Shown: in pieces, positions 46,234 to 54,790 of the stretch
Layout of the letters: each line of letters begins with the position of its first letter
Position numbering within the stretch: the stretch's first letter is position 1
Assembly: GCA_002441265.1 (NCBI GenBank)
Contig: DJVQ01000025.1
Coordinates: 1,422-65,421 of the forward strand
Reading direction: 5' to 3'
Source: Syntrophaceae bacterium UBA6252
GTDB lineage: Bacteria > Desulfobacterota > Syntrophia > Syntrophales > UBA6807
Length of the DNA stretch: 64,000 nt
Notes under the pieces: model-generated
What the model was told of the DNA's origin: nothing
The model's input: only the letters and a program-made list of their open reading frames with translations
Database searches by the model: none
Made by a program: the position numbers and the translations under genes

Positions 46234-49200
46234 TTACTTCACCCCCTTTCTATCGACATTCACCATGAACGCCTTGCTCTCCGGGATCATGGTGTTTGGA
46301 TCCCCGATGAACGGGGTCAGGAGGTTTGCCGAATCGCCGAACGTGAACACCTCCGGTTTCTTGTCGTCGTGGGAGTATTTCCGCATGGCCGTGGTGACCC
46401 ACCCGTAATGCCACGGGATACCCACCTGGTGGATCGTCTGGCCGTTGATGTCGAAGGGTTTGAACCGGGCCGTGACAATGGCCACCGCGTCGACTTCCCC
46501 CCTCACCGACCGGACCACGACGGAATCGCCGTTGCCGATCCCCTTCAGCTTCGCCAGTTCCTCGCTCATCTCGACGAACATGGAGGGCTGCATCTCCGCA
46601 AGCCAGGAACACCAGCGGGTCATGAGGCCCGTCTGCCAGTGCTCGCTCACCCGGTAGGTGGAGCAGACGAAGGGGAACCGGGGGTCGCATGTGGCCCGCA
46701 GATCGAGTTCCGTGCCGCCCACGTCGAAACGGCGGATCGTCGGATTGATGAACTGCGGGGAAAGAAGGTTCTTGTCGATGGGGCACTCGAGCGGCTCGTA
46801 GTGCTCCGGGAAGGGCCCGTCGGCAAGGCCGGGCCCGAAGATGGACGCCACGCCGTCCGGTTTCATGATGAAGGGCGGACGACCCGCGCCGGGCGCCGCC
46901 ACACCGTCGGGAACGTCTCCGGTCCACTTGGCGCCGTCCCAGATAATGACGGGATGTTCCGTGTCCCAGGGCAGTCCCGTCTCGGGATCGACGGAAGCGC
47001 CGTTGTAGATGATCCGCCGGTTCACGGGCCAGCTCCAGGCCCACTCGGGGTAGATGCCGATGGGAGTGGTGTCTTTCCTGCTTCTCCTGGCGGCCATGTT
47101 GCCCTTTTCCGTGTAGGAATTGCAGTAGAGCCAGTTTCCGGAGGAGGTGGAACCGTCGTCCTGGAGCAGGGCGAACGAGGGAACGAGAGACCCCTTCTTG
47201 TAGAGAACGCCGTTGATTTCCTTATCTTCCAGGAAATACCCGTTGATCTCCTTCGCGATGGCATGGGCGTCCAGGTGGGTGACCCTGCCGAAGGCGTCCT
47301 TGGGACCGTAATCCCAGGTCAGCTTCGTGACGGCCTCCTTCAGGGGGCCGCCTTCCTTCTCATACAGCTCCCGCACCTTGAGGAAGAGCTCCGAAATGAG
47401 TTCCCCGTCGGGGGTCGCCTCTCCGGGGGAGTTCACCGCCTTGTAGCGCCACTGCATCCACCGGCCGCTGTTGGTGATGCTCCCTTCCTTCTCGATCGAG
47501 GCGGAGCAGGGAAGCATGAAGACCTCCGTCTTGATCTTCGCCGGGTCCATCCCCGGGCCTTTCCAGAAGGAACCGGTCTCGCTGTCGAAGATGTTGACGT
47601 TCACCATCCAGTCGAGCTTGGCCATGGCCTGTCTTGTCTTGTTGGAACTCGCACCGCTGCAGGCCGGGTTCTGCCCCCAGGAAAAGAAACCCGTGAACTC
47701 TCCCTTGTACATGGCGTCGAAGAGGCTGAGCCAGGAATAGTTCTTTCCGTCGTCCAGCCTGGGGAGCAGATCGTAGGCTTCCTCCGGCGCGACGTTCGTG
47801 CCGTAGAAGGCGCGGAGCAGGCTCGTGATGTACTTGGAATAGTTCTTCCACCAGTTGAGGCTCTTCGGCTCGGTGGTGGCCGGCGTGCTCTTCTCGATGT
47901 AGTCCTTGAGGCTCGGGAGAGAGGCCAGCGGAGCCCGGAGATAGCCGGGCAGGATGTGGAAGAGAAGCGCGTAATCGGTGGACCCCTGAACGTTGGACTC
48001 GCCCCGAAGCGCGTTGACGCCGCCGCCGGCGACGCCCATGTTGGCCAGCAGCGTCTGGATGATGCTCATGGCCCGGATGTTCTGGACCCCCACGGTGTGC
48101 TGGGTCCAGCCCATGGCGTACAGGATGGTTCCCGCCTTTCCATTCTGCCCCGTCGCCGCATAGGTCTTGTAGACCTGGAGGAGCTTGTCCACCGGCGTTC
48201 CCGTGATCTTGGAGACCAGTTCGGGCGTGTACCGGTCGTATTGTTTCCGGAGAAGCTGGAACACGCAGTTGGGATCCTGGAGGGTCGGGTCCTTCAGGAT
48301 GACCCCGTCGGCGCCCTTCTGGAAGGACCAGGTGGACTTGTCGTACTTCGTGCCGTTGAGGCCCGAGAACACGCCGTCGTTCTCCCCGGGAAGCCTGAAC
48401 GCGGGATTCACGAGGAATGGGGCGTTGCTGTAGAATTTGACGTATTTTTCGTTATAGAGGTTGTTGTCCAGGATGTACTTGATCATTCCGCCCAGGAAGG
48501 CGATGTCCGTCCCCGATCTCAGGGGGGCGTACAGGTGGGCCCTCGACGAGGTCTGGGTGAACCGGGGATCGACGTTGACGAGCGTCGCCCCCTTCTCCAT
48601 GGCCTTCTGGATGTACTTGAAGGAAATGGGATGATTGGAAGCGGGGTTGCTTCCCATGGCCAGGATACAGTCACTGAACTGAATATCGATCCAGTGATTC
48701 GTCATCGCGCCGCGTCCGAACGACTCTGCCAGAGCCGCTACCGTGGCGCTGTGTCATATCCGGGCCTGGTGCTCGATGTAAACCAGACCGAGGGACCGGA
48801 GGAATTTCTGGTAGATGTAGCATTCCTCGTTGTCCATGGCGGCACTGCCCACGGAGGCGATGCCGTTGGTCCGGTTGACCTTCTGGCCTTTTTCGTTGAA
48901 TTCGGTGAAGCTCTTGTCCCGGCTGTCCTTGATCCGGCGGGCGATTTCGTCGAGGGCCCACTCCAGGGAAACTTCCTTCCACTCGGTGGCGTACGGTGCC
49001 CGGTAAAGCGGTTTGTCCAGGCGGCCCTTGTTCACGGACAGCTGGTAGATGGACCCCCCCTTGCTGCACAGGGACCCCTGGCTGATGGGATGGTCCGGGT
49101 CGCCTTCCGTGTTGACGACCTTTCCTCCCCGCGTGGAAACAATGATCCCGCACCCCACGGAACAATAGGGGCAGATCGTCGTGGTTTCCTTCGCGTACTG

Positions 49201-49311
49201 GATCTTCAGCGGCTGCGCATGGGCCGCGACGGGCTTCAGACTGACCCCAAGCCCCCCCGACACCAGTGCAGCGCCCGAAACTTTGAGGAAACCTCTCCTA
49301 GTCACCTCCAT
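46234..49311 (-). CDS. fdnG: Formate dehydrogenase alpha subunit, selenocysteine-containing, Tat-exported
   Basis: Track ORFs 48754..49404 and 46234..48705 are one frame joined through TGA 48756-48754: ...YIEHQARI-U-HSATVAALAESFGRGAMTNHWIDI. Tat motif TRRGFLK. FeS motif CPYCSVGC. Start at ATG 49311. Confidence 0.92.
48754..48756 (-). other. In-frame UGA read as selenocysteine
   Basis: The context ARI-U-HS matches the conserved Sec/Cys position of FdnG/FdhF-type enzymes. selB is present at 8316. Confidence 0.85.
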
Positions 49312-49517
49312 ATCGCTGCGCTCCTTTCTTTGGATTTGAGCTGTCTCCTTTCCAAACACGGGAGGCGCAGCCGTTTCCGGCGACACCCAATGTCCATTCT
49401 TCATGGAGAAAAATTCTCTTTAGAAGTAATGGATCGGAGAGGTTATACTGGTTGCCGACCTCTGTGAAAGAACAAACAACAGAAAGCCCAAAGAATGTGG
49501 GCCTTCAGAATCGCTTA

Positions 49518-49546
49518 TTCATAGCGGGTCGCAATATCTCTGTCAA
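49518..49546 (-). promoter_or_regulatory. Candidate sigma70 promoter for fdnGHI
   Basis: On the minus strand: TTGACA (49546-49541), a 17-nt spacer, then TATGAA (49523-49518), in the only AT-rich stretch of the region. Confidence 0.45.
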
Positions 49547-49604
49547 GGAATTTTTTACCCATTCATTTATATGATTCAATTACATAAATGAAAAAGAGGT
49601 CCGT

Positions 49605-50054
49605 TCAAACCCCCTTGCCGAAGGCGTCCTCCAGGGCTTTTTCCTCCCCCGCACCCCCCTCCATCCCCGTCCAGAAGACCTCGATCCGGTCGATGAGGCA
49701 AAGCGCCTGGAGGGGATTCATTTTCTCCACTTTTTCGGAAAGATATTCCACGTCGATTCCCCGGTGGGTCCCGAGCTTTTCGTACTTCTCCACCTCCTCC
49801 AGATCCCAGGCGAGGAAGGAGGGCCACCGGTCGAAACGCTTCGGATCGTAACGGGCGTTGCGCAGGGCGTCGCACAGGAGAAGGATCTCGTCCCTGTCGA
49901 AGATCCCCTCGAGGGATTTCCACGCCCACCGGAGAAGGGCGTCATAACGGCCGAGATCCCGCTGCAGAAGGTCCCGGGGATCCCCCCGTCTGCCGTCCAC
50001 CCGTTCCCGGACGGGTCCATCCAGGGGAAGGGATACGATTGGTTTTTCCTCCAT
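49605..50054 (-). CDS. Hypothetical protein (149 aa)
   Basis: C-terminal part of ORF 49605..50300 from ATG 50054 (MEEKPIVSLPLDG). No family recognised. Same strand, directly downstream of the GT2 gene. Confidence 0.5.
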   Translation of the reverse strand: MEEKPIVSLPLDGPVRERVDGRRGDPRDLLQRDLGRYDALLRWAWKSLEGIFDRDEILLLCDALRNARYDPKRFDRWPSFLAWDLEEVEKYEKLGTHRGIDVEYLSEKVEKMNPLQALCLIDRIEVFWTGMEGGAGEEKALEDAFGKGV

Positions 50055-50071
50055 GCCGTCGTCCTCTCTCA

Positions 50072-50785
50072 TCATCGGAAAAGATTGTATTTCAGAATGC
50101 ACCAGAGGGCCCGGAAACCGTCCCTCCAGCCGATCTTTTTGCCGTCCCTGTAAGTCCGCCCGTAGTAGGAAACAGGCACCTCGCAAATCCGGAGGTGTTT
50201 TTTCCCGGCGATTTTGGCGGTGATCTCCGGTTCGAAGCCGAACCGGTTCTCCTCGATGGTGATTCCCTCCAGGGCCTCCTTCCGGAACACCTTGTAGCAC
50301 GTCTCCATGTCGGTCAGCGCAAGGCGCGTCAGCAGGTTGGAAAGAAGGGTGAGAAACCGGTTGCCCGCGTAATGCCAGAGGCGGCCGGTCCGCCGGTGCC
50401 CGCGATCGGCGAACCGGGACCCGTATACCACATCCGCCCGGTTTTCGAGAATGGGCCCAAGGAGCCGGAAATAGTCCCGGGGGTCGTACTCCAGGTCGGC
50501 ATCCTGGATGAGAACCACGTCCCCTTTCACTTCCCGAAACCCCGTCCGCAGCGCCGCGCCTTTTCCCCGGTTCGCCTCATGGAACAGGGCCCGCACCCGG
50601 GGGTCCCCGTACGCTCTGAGAAAATCCCCCGTGCCGTCGGCGGAACCGTCGTCCACGACAAGAACCTCCTTTTCGAAGGGCGCCGACAGAACGGCATCGA
50701 GGACCTTTCCGATGGTTCCCGCTTCATTGAAGACGGGAATAACGACGGACAGAAGGAATCCTTCTCCGGAGGACATCGGCTTCAT
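50072..50785 (-). CDS. Family-2 glycosyltransferase (polyprenyl-phosphate sugar synthase-like)
   Basis: ORF trimmed to ATG 50785 (ATGA overlap with the upstream stop). Motifs VVIPVFNE, VVDDGSADGT and IQDADLEYDP. Confidence 0.85.
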   Translation of the reverse strand: MKPMSSGEGFLLSVVIPVFNEAGTIGKVLDAVLSAPFEKEVLVVDDGSADGTGDFLRAYGDPRVRALFHEANRGKGAALRTGFREVKGDVVLIQDADLEYDPRDYFRLLGPILENRADVVYGSRFADRGHRRTGRLWHYAGNRFLTLLSNLLTRLALTDMETCYKVFRKEALEGITIEENRFGFEPEITAKIAGKKHLRICEVPVSYYGRTYRDGKKIGWRDGFRALWCILKYNLFR

Positions 50786-52164
50786 GCTTTCCCCCTTTTC
50801 CTCGTTTTTCCCGTCCCGCTTTCCTTTGCGGCCAGCGGGATCGTCCTGTCCAGTTTCAGAGTGATGCCGTAAAAGCAGACGATGACCGCCACGCCGTAAA
50901 GCTGAAGCATGGTCCGGTGAATCGTCATCTGATTCTGGAGAAAGAGAAAAGCGTCGGTACAGGTGAACACGAAGAGCGAGAACGCGACGGAAAGAACGAG
51001 GAGAACGAGAAGGGCCGTTCCCTGCCGGTCCCTGAGATATGCGCCGCCGCAGGTCAGAAGGACGGCAATCACGAAAATCCAGAAAATGGAATGGGTGGGC
51101 CCCAGGAGGACGGTATCCAGGAGGATACGCCATGCTTCGGGATGCCAGGACAGGGACTGCCCGCCGGGCGTGACCCCCAGCCCGTGGATCGCCTTGAAAA
51201 TCAGCCAGGGCGCGAGAAGGGAGAGGCCGGACAGAAAGAGAAGCATCTTCCTGCCGTCCTCCTTCCCGAGGGCGCGAAACGGCCCGCTCCCCGACCCCAG
51301 GAGGAGGCCTGCCGCCGCAATGAGAGGCGGAACGGCGATGACGAGACCGTCGTTTTTCATCCAGGCGGTCCCCGCGGCGAGGAGCCCGGCGAGAAGCCAC
51401 TTCCTGCCAAGAAGCGCCGCCACGGAACCGGTGAAGAACGCCTCGACGGCAATGTCGCCGTACCCGGCAACGGCATGGATCGCCTGAAGGGGCGGGGTGG
51501 CGACGACAAAGGCCCCGGCGGCGGCGAGCCACCTTCGTCCGGAGAACCGCATCACGGCAAACCAGACCGTAGCAACCACCAGTCCATAGAACACGAGCCC
51601 GTCCGCCCGGGCGATGAAGTCATCCCAGCCTCCCGCGATGACCGCCGCCGATGCCCTCCAGACGGGAATGCCGAGCGGGTAATGCTTCGCCCCCGTGAAC
51701 CCCAGAAACACGGGTGACGCGGAATCGAACGACCAGTTCACCCCCCCGAAGAGGGACCGGGCCCTTCCGGACCAATGGGTCATGGCATCCTCGAAGTAGA
51801 GAGGGGTCTGCCACAAAACGGCGAGGATGAACAGAATCTTGCCGGCAAGGATCAAAAGAAGAACGGCTTCATACCATTTGAGCGAAAAGGAAGGCGTTCG
51901 CGGCATGACGGCCCCACGGTTCCGGAAACACAGGAAAACGCCCGCCGCCGCGGCGGCCGAAAGGACCCCGACCGACATCTTCAGGGAGACTCCGGCGAGA
52001 AGAAGGAGGAAGATCGCCGTCGTCCCGATCCCCCCGCCCGCGAGGACGGACAGGGTAAACGCTTCCCCGCGAATCCCCGGGGACGGCTCTTGGCGGGAAA
52101 GCGGCCATCCCAGGCCGAACCAAAGGAAAACCTGCGCAATGAGAGCGGCGAACGAGGCGGTCAT
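50782..52164 (-). CDS. Polytopic membrane protein, ArnT/PMT (GT-C)-like glycosyltransferase
   Basis: 460 aa with about 11 hydrophobic segments. Coupled to the GT2 gene. The family call is by architecture only. Confidence 0.5.
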   Translation of the reverse strand: MTASFAALIAQVFLWFGLGWPLSRQEPSPGIRGEAFTLSVLAGGGIGTTAIFLLLLAGVSLKMSVGVLSAAAAAGVFLCFRNRGAVMPRTPSFSLKWYEAVLLLILAGKILFILAVLWQTPLYFEDAMTHWSGRARSLFGGVNWSFDSASPVFLGFTGAKHYPLGIPVWRASAAVIAGGWDDFIARADGLVFYGLVVATVWFAVMRFSGRRWLAAAGAFVVATPPLQAIHAVAGYGDIAVEAFFTGSVAALLGRKWLLAGLLAAGTAWMKNDGLVIAVPPLIAAAGLLLGSGSGPFRALGKEDGRKMLLFLSGLSLLAPWLIFKAIHGLGVTPGGQSLSWHPEAWRILLDTVLLGPTHSIFWIFVIAVLLTCGGAYLRDRQGTALLVLLVLSVAFSLFVFTCTDAFLFLQNQMTIHRTMLQLYGVAVIVCFYGITLKLDRTIPLAAKESGTGKTRKRGKA

Positions 52165-52174
52165 GACGTTCCTT

Positions 52175-53041
52175 TCACCGCGTTTCCCCCGGTCGTTCCC
52201 CCCGTTCCGCCGGGGGTTCGAGAAACAGACGATTCTGCCGGATCACGATCCGCCAGGGTTGGTCCGTCCCTTCCGGGGCGGCGGAAAAGGGCACTTCGGC
52301 AAGTTCGTATCGCGCGATGTATCCGCGGAAGTCTGACAACTGCCCGTCGGACCACTTCCCGCCCTTGACCCGGTCCGCCACGGTCCCCGCAAACCATTCC
52401 TTCGTTTTCCCGATCAACAGGACGGGCCGGGTCTTTCCGGCGTATCGCAGAAATCCCGCCTCATCCGCAACGGTCGTGACATACAGGAAGGACCAGGCGA
52501 CGAGAAAACCCAGGGTCACGGAAAGGAACCATCTCCGGTAGAATGAAAAGAAGACGGCCGTGGAAATCAGAAAAACGAGGGCGAGGAGATTTTCCCAGGG
52601 AAAAGAGAACAGGGTGTGCCCGAGAAGCGCGTTCACCGTGCTCATGATCCACGGTTCCGGCGTCGTGAAGATCCCCCATTCGTCCGCGAGATCCGGTTTC
52701 CGGATGGAGGTCCGGACCTCTCCCAGTCCCTCCAGGAAAACCGCCGAGGCCTTGTCCTTCCATACGGGGTACTTCCTCATGTCATAGGGGGCGCTTCCCC
52801 CGTGGGTGATTTCCAGGGTCCGGTAACGGATGCGGTCCGGAGATTCCCAATAGACAAAGAACCGCGTGCCGGCCAGGGGAGCTTCGATGTCCAGGACGTT
52901 TCCGTCCAGAACGGCGTCGTTGGCGATCCGGACCGGCTGCGCATGCCCCGGCGGCGCCCCGGCGCCGAAAAGAAGAACCGCCAGGACGAACCACGATCGC
53001 AACAGAAAGGAACCCATGGATTTGAGACCCCGCCGCTTCAT
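52175..53041 (-). CDS. Hypothetical membrane protein
   Basis: From ATG 53041 (MKRRGLKSMGSFLL). Signal peptide, a periplasmic domain, then 3-4 TM segments. No family recognised. Confidence 0.5.
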   Translation of the reverse strand: MKRRGLKSMGSFLLRSWFVLAVLLFGAGAPPGHAQPVRIANDAVLDGNVLDIEAPLAGTRFFVYWESPDRIRYRTLEITHGGSAPYDMRKYPVWKDKASAVFLEGLGEVRTSIRKPDLADEWGIFTTPEPWIMSTVNALLGHTLFSFPWENLLALVFLISTAVFFSFYRRWFLSVTLGFLVAWSFLYVTTVADEAGFLRYAGKTRPVLLIGKTKEWFAGTVADRVKGGKWSDGQLSDFRGYIARYELAEVPFSAAPEGTDQPWRIVIRQNRLFLEPPAERGERPGETR

Positions 53042-53228
53042 GCCGCAACCACGCTTTTTCCGGAAAATCCGTTCCGGCCCGACCCCGGAAAAACGGACCG
53101 CCGATCCTGTCGGGCCGGCAGGGAAGCCTTTACGTTCCATCCTCCCGGTGGTATACATCAATCAAACTCTTTACTAACCGAGAAAAGGACGCCGTTCAAG
53201 ACAAAATAACTTCCCGAGGGAGGATCCC

Positions 53229-53795
53229 ATGAAGAAAACCGCGACTACGATTCTGTTTCTATTCCTGGTTGCGTGTCTTTATTCCTGTGAGACGACGCAG
53301 ACCGTCAAATCCACCATCACGTCCAAAGTGGCCGCGCTGACCGCGTCGGTCGACGAGAATCTTTACGCGCAGGTTCCCGGAGAATACCAGGGCCCCGTGA
53401 AAAAGGCGGAAGAGGAAGTCCGGGCGGCGGAGGCCCGGGTCGCCCTGGCCAAACAGAAGAAGGAACTTGCCGACGCCCGGTCCAAGCTGGCGGGATACGC
53501 CCTCGATCTGGAAGAGGCGGACGGAAAGATCTCGAAAATCTCAGTCGATACGGCGAAGGTCCAGGCCATGATCGAAGCGGGCGTGGGGGAGAGCGAGAAG
53601 AACGAAAAGCTCCTGTCCGACCTTCGGGTGAAGAAAGCGAAGACCGAAGCGGACAAGGCGCAGACATCCTCGAAAATGACGGGGACGGAGGAACACATCC
53701 GGAACCTGGAACGGGAGATCGCCTCCGCGGAGGAGGCCCTTTCCGGAACGGAAACCGCCGCGCCCGCATCCGGAACCGCGCCCGCGGAAAAGTGA
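53229..53795 (+). CDS. Coiled-coil lipoprotein
   Basis: MKKTATTILFLFLVAC has a lipobox Cys. The rest is Ala/Glu/Lys-rich coiled coil. Confidence 0.65.
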   Translation: MKKTATTILFLFLVACLYSCETTQTVKSTITSKVAALTASVDENLYAQVPGEYQGPVKKAEEEVRAAEARVALAKQKKELADARSKLAGYALDLEEADGKISKISVDTAKVQAMIEAGVGESEKNEKLLSDLRVKKAKTEADKAQTSSKMTGTEEHIRNLEREIASAEEALSGTETAAPASGTAPAEK

Positions 53796-53821
53796 CGCCC
53801 GTTCTGGGGGAACCCGGTCGC

Positions 53822-54499
53822 TCATGAGAGGATGGAGGATTTCCGTTTTTTCTGGTGATGGCCCACGACGACCCCGATCATGAGGCCGCACAGGAGGACA
53901 AGCGCTCCCGTCAGAAACCAGCGGGTTTCGAGGGATGACGCAAGGGCGTCGTTTTCCCGCCGGACCTTCTCGTACAGCCCCTGAAGTTCCTCCAGCCGGG
54001 CCTTGGCCTGCCGATGGGAGGCCTGCAGATCGAGGAATCCCGCGGCGCCTTTTTTCAGGTTGTCGTATTCCCCGCGGACCTTGTCCAGGTCCTCCCGGGC
54101 TTTCTTCAGCTCGGCGGACAGGGTTTTCTCCCGCTGGACGGCGGCCTGGTAATCCTTATCCAGCTGGGGAAGCTTCTCCCTGAGTCCCATGGTCTCCTTT
54201 TTCCAGTTTTCCGCCTGGAGCGACCAGGGCAGGCGGTTCCGGAGGAGATGGCGCGTGAGGATCCACCCCTCCTGGGCGGAGGCCCCTCCCAGCCGCACGT
54301 GGCTCCATTCTTCCTGTACTTCCAGGACCTCGACGGGCTGGCCGGAGTTCGGCATGGCGACGATCCGGTACTCCACCCCGGGGCCGACCCTCAGGGTCAC
54401 CTGAAAGGTATCGGTCACGTAGGCCGTCTGATTTTCCGCCCACGCGGAAGGAACCAGGAGGAACCAGACCGCTGCGGCCGCGATAAGGATTTTCTTCAT
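53822..54499 (-). CDS. SH3-domain protein with coiled coil and C-terminal TM anchor (YgiM/TIGR04211-like)
   Basis: Signal peptide, SH3_3-like YVTDTFQVTLRVGPGVEYRIVAM...WSHVRL, a coiled coil, and a TM helix near the C-terminus. Confidence 0.7.
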   Translation of the reverse strand: MKKILIAAAAVWFLLVPSAWAENQTAYVTDTFQVTLRVGPGVEYRIVAMPNSGQPVEVLEVQEEWSHVRLGGASAQEGWILTRHLLRNRLPWSLQAENWKKETMGLREKLPQLDKDYQAAVQREKTLSAELKKAREDLDKVRGEYDNLKKGAAGFLDLQASHRQAKARLEELQGLYEKVRRENDALASSLETRWFLTGALVLLCGLMIGVVVGHHQKKRKSSILS

Positions 54500-54692
54500 G
54501 TTTCCGCCTCCTGTCCTGACGATGCCGCCGTCCTGAAACAGCCGGTTCCGAGACGTTTCACGGGTTCGTCCGTCTTTTCCCTTGCCGGAGAGGGAGCCCT
54601 CCGGTCCTTTTCATAACACGGTTTGGCAAATCGCCGAAAGTCTGAAAAACGTTTTTTTTCTTCCGGCGGCTCTCTTGAAAGGCCGCCGGGGG

Positions 54693-54768
54693 GACGCCCG
54701 GATCCCGGAGAACGGGGCTTGCCGCTTCGCACGCCCGGGGGATAAGGGATGAAGAACGGCGCGGCGCG
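54693..54768 (+). repeat. Dispersed ~80-nt element, copy R5
   Basis: GACGCCCGGATCCCGGAGAACGGGGCTTGCCGCTTCGCACGCCCGGGGGATAAGGGATGAAGAACGGCGCGGCG. Aligns with R4. Confidence 0.6.
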
Positions 54769-54790
54769 GGGACGTTCCTCGAAGCCGCCA

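Noticed and set aside
48706-48753. Apparent gap/stop splitting fdnG into two ORFs (pseudogene or frameshift?)
   Set aside because: The frame is the same on both sides. The single TGA sits at the conserved Sec position, and selB is present.
46123-49467. 1114-aa plus-strand ORF opposite fdnG
   Set aside because: It is an antisense shadow. The minus strand encodes a complete molybdopterin FDH alpha subunit.
54640-54690. Hairpin CCGGCGGC-N11-GCCGCCGG with adjacent T8 run downstream of plsB as a terminator
   Set aside because: The T-run precedes the hairpin on the plus strand and becomes an A-run after it on the minus strand. So it fits an intrinsic terminator in neither direction.
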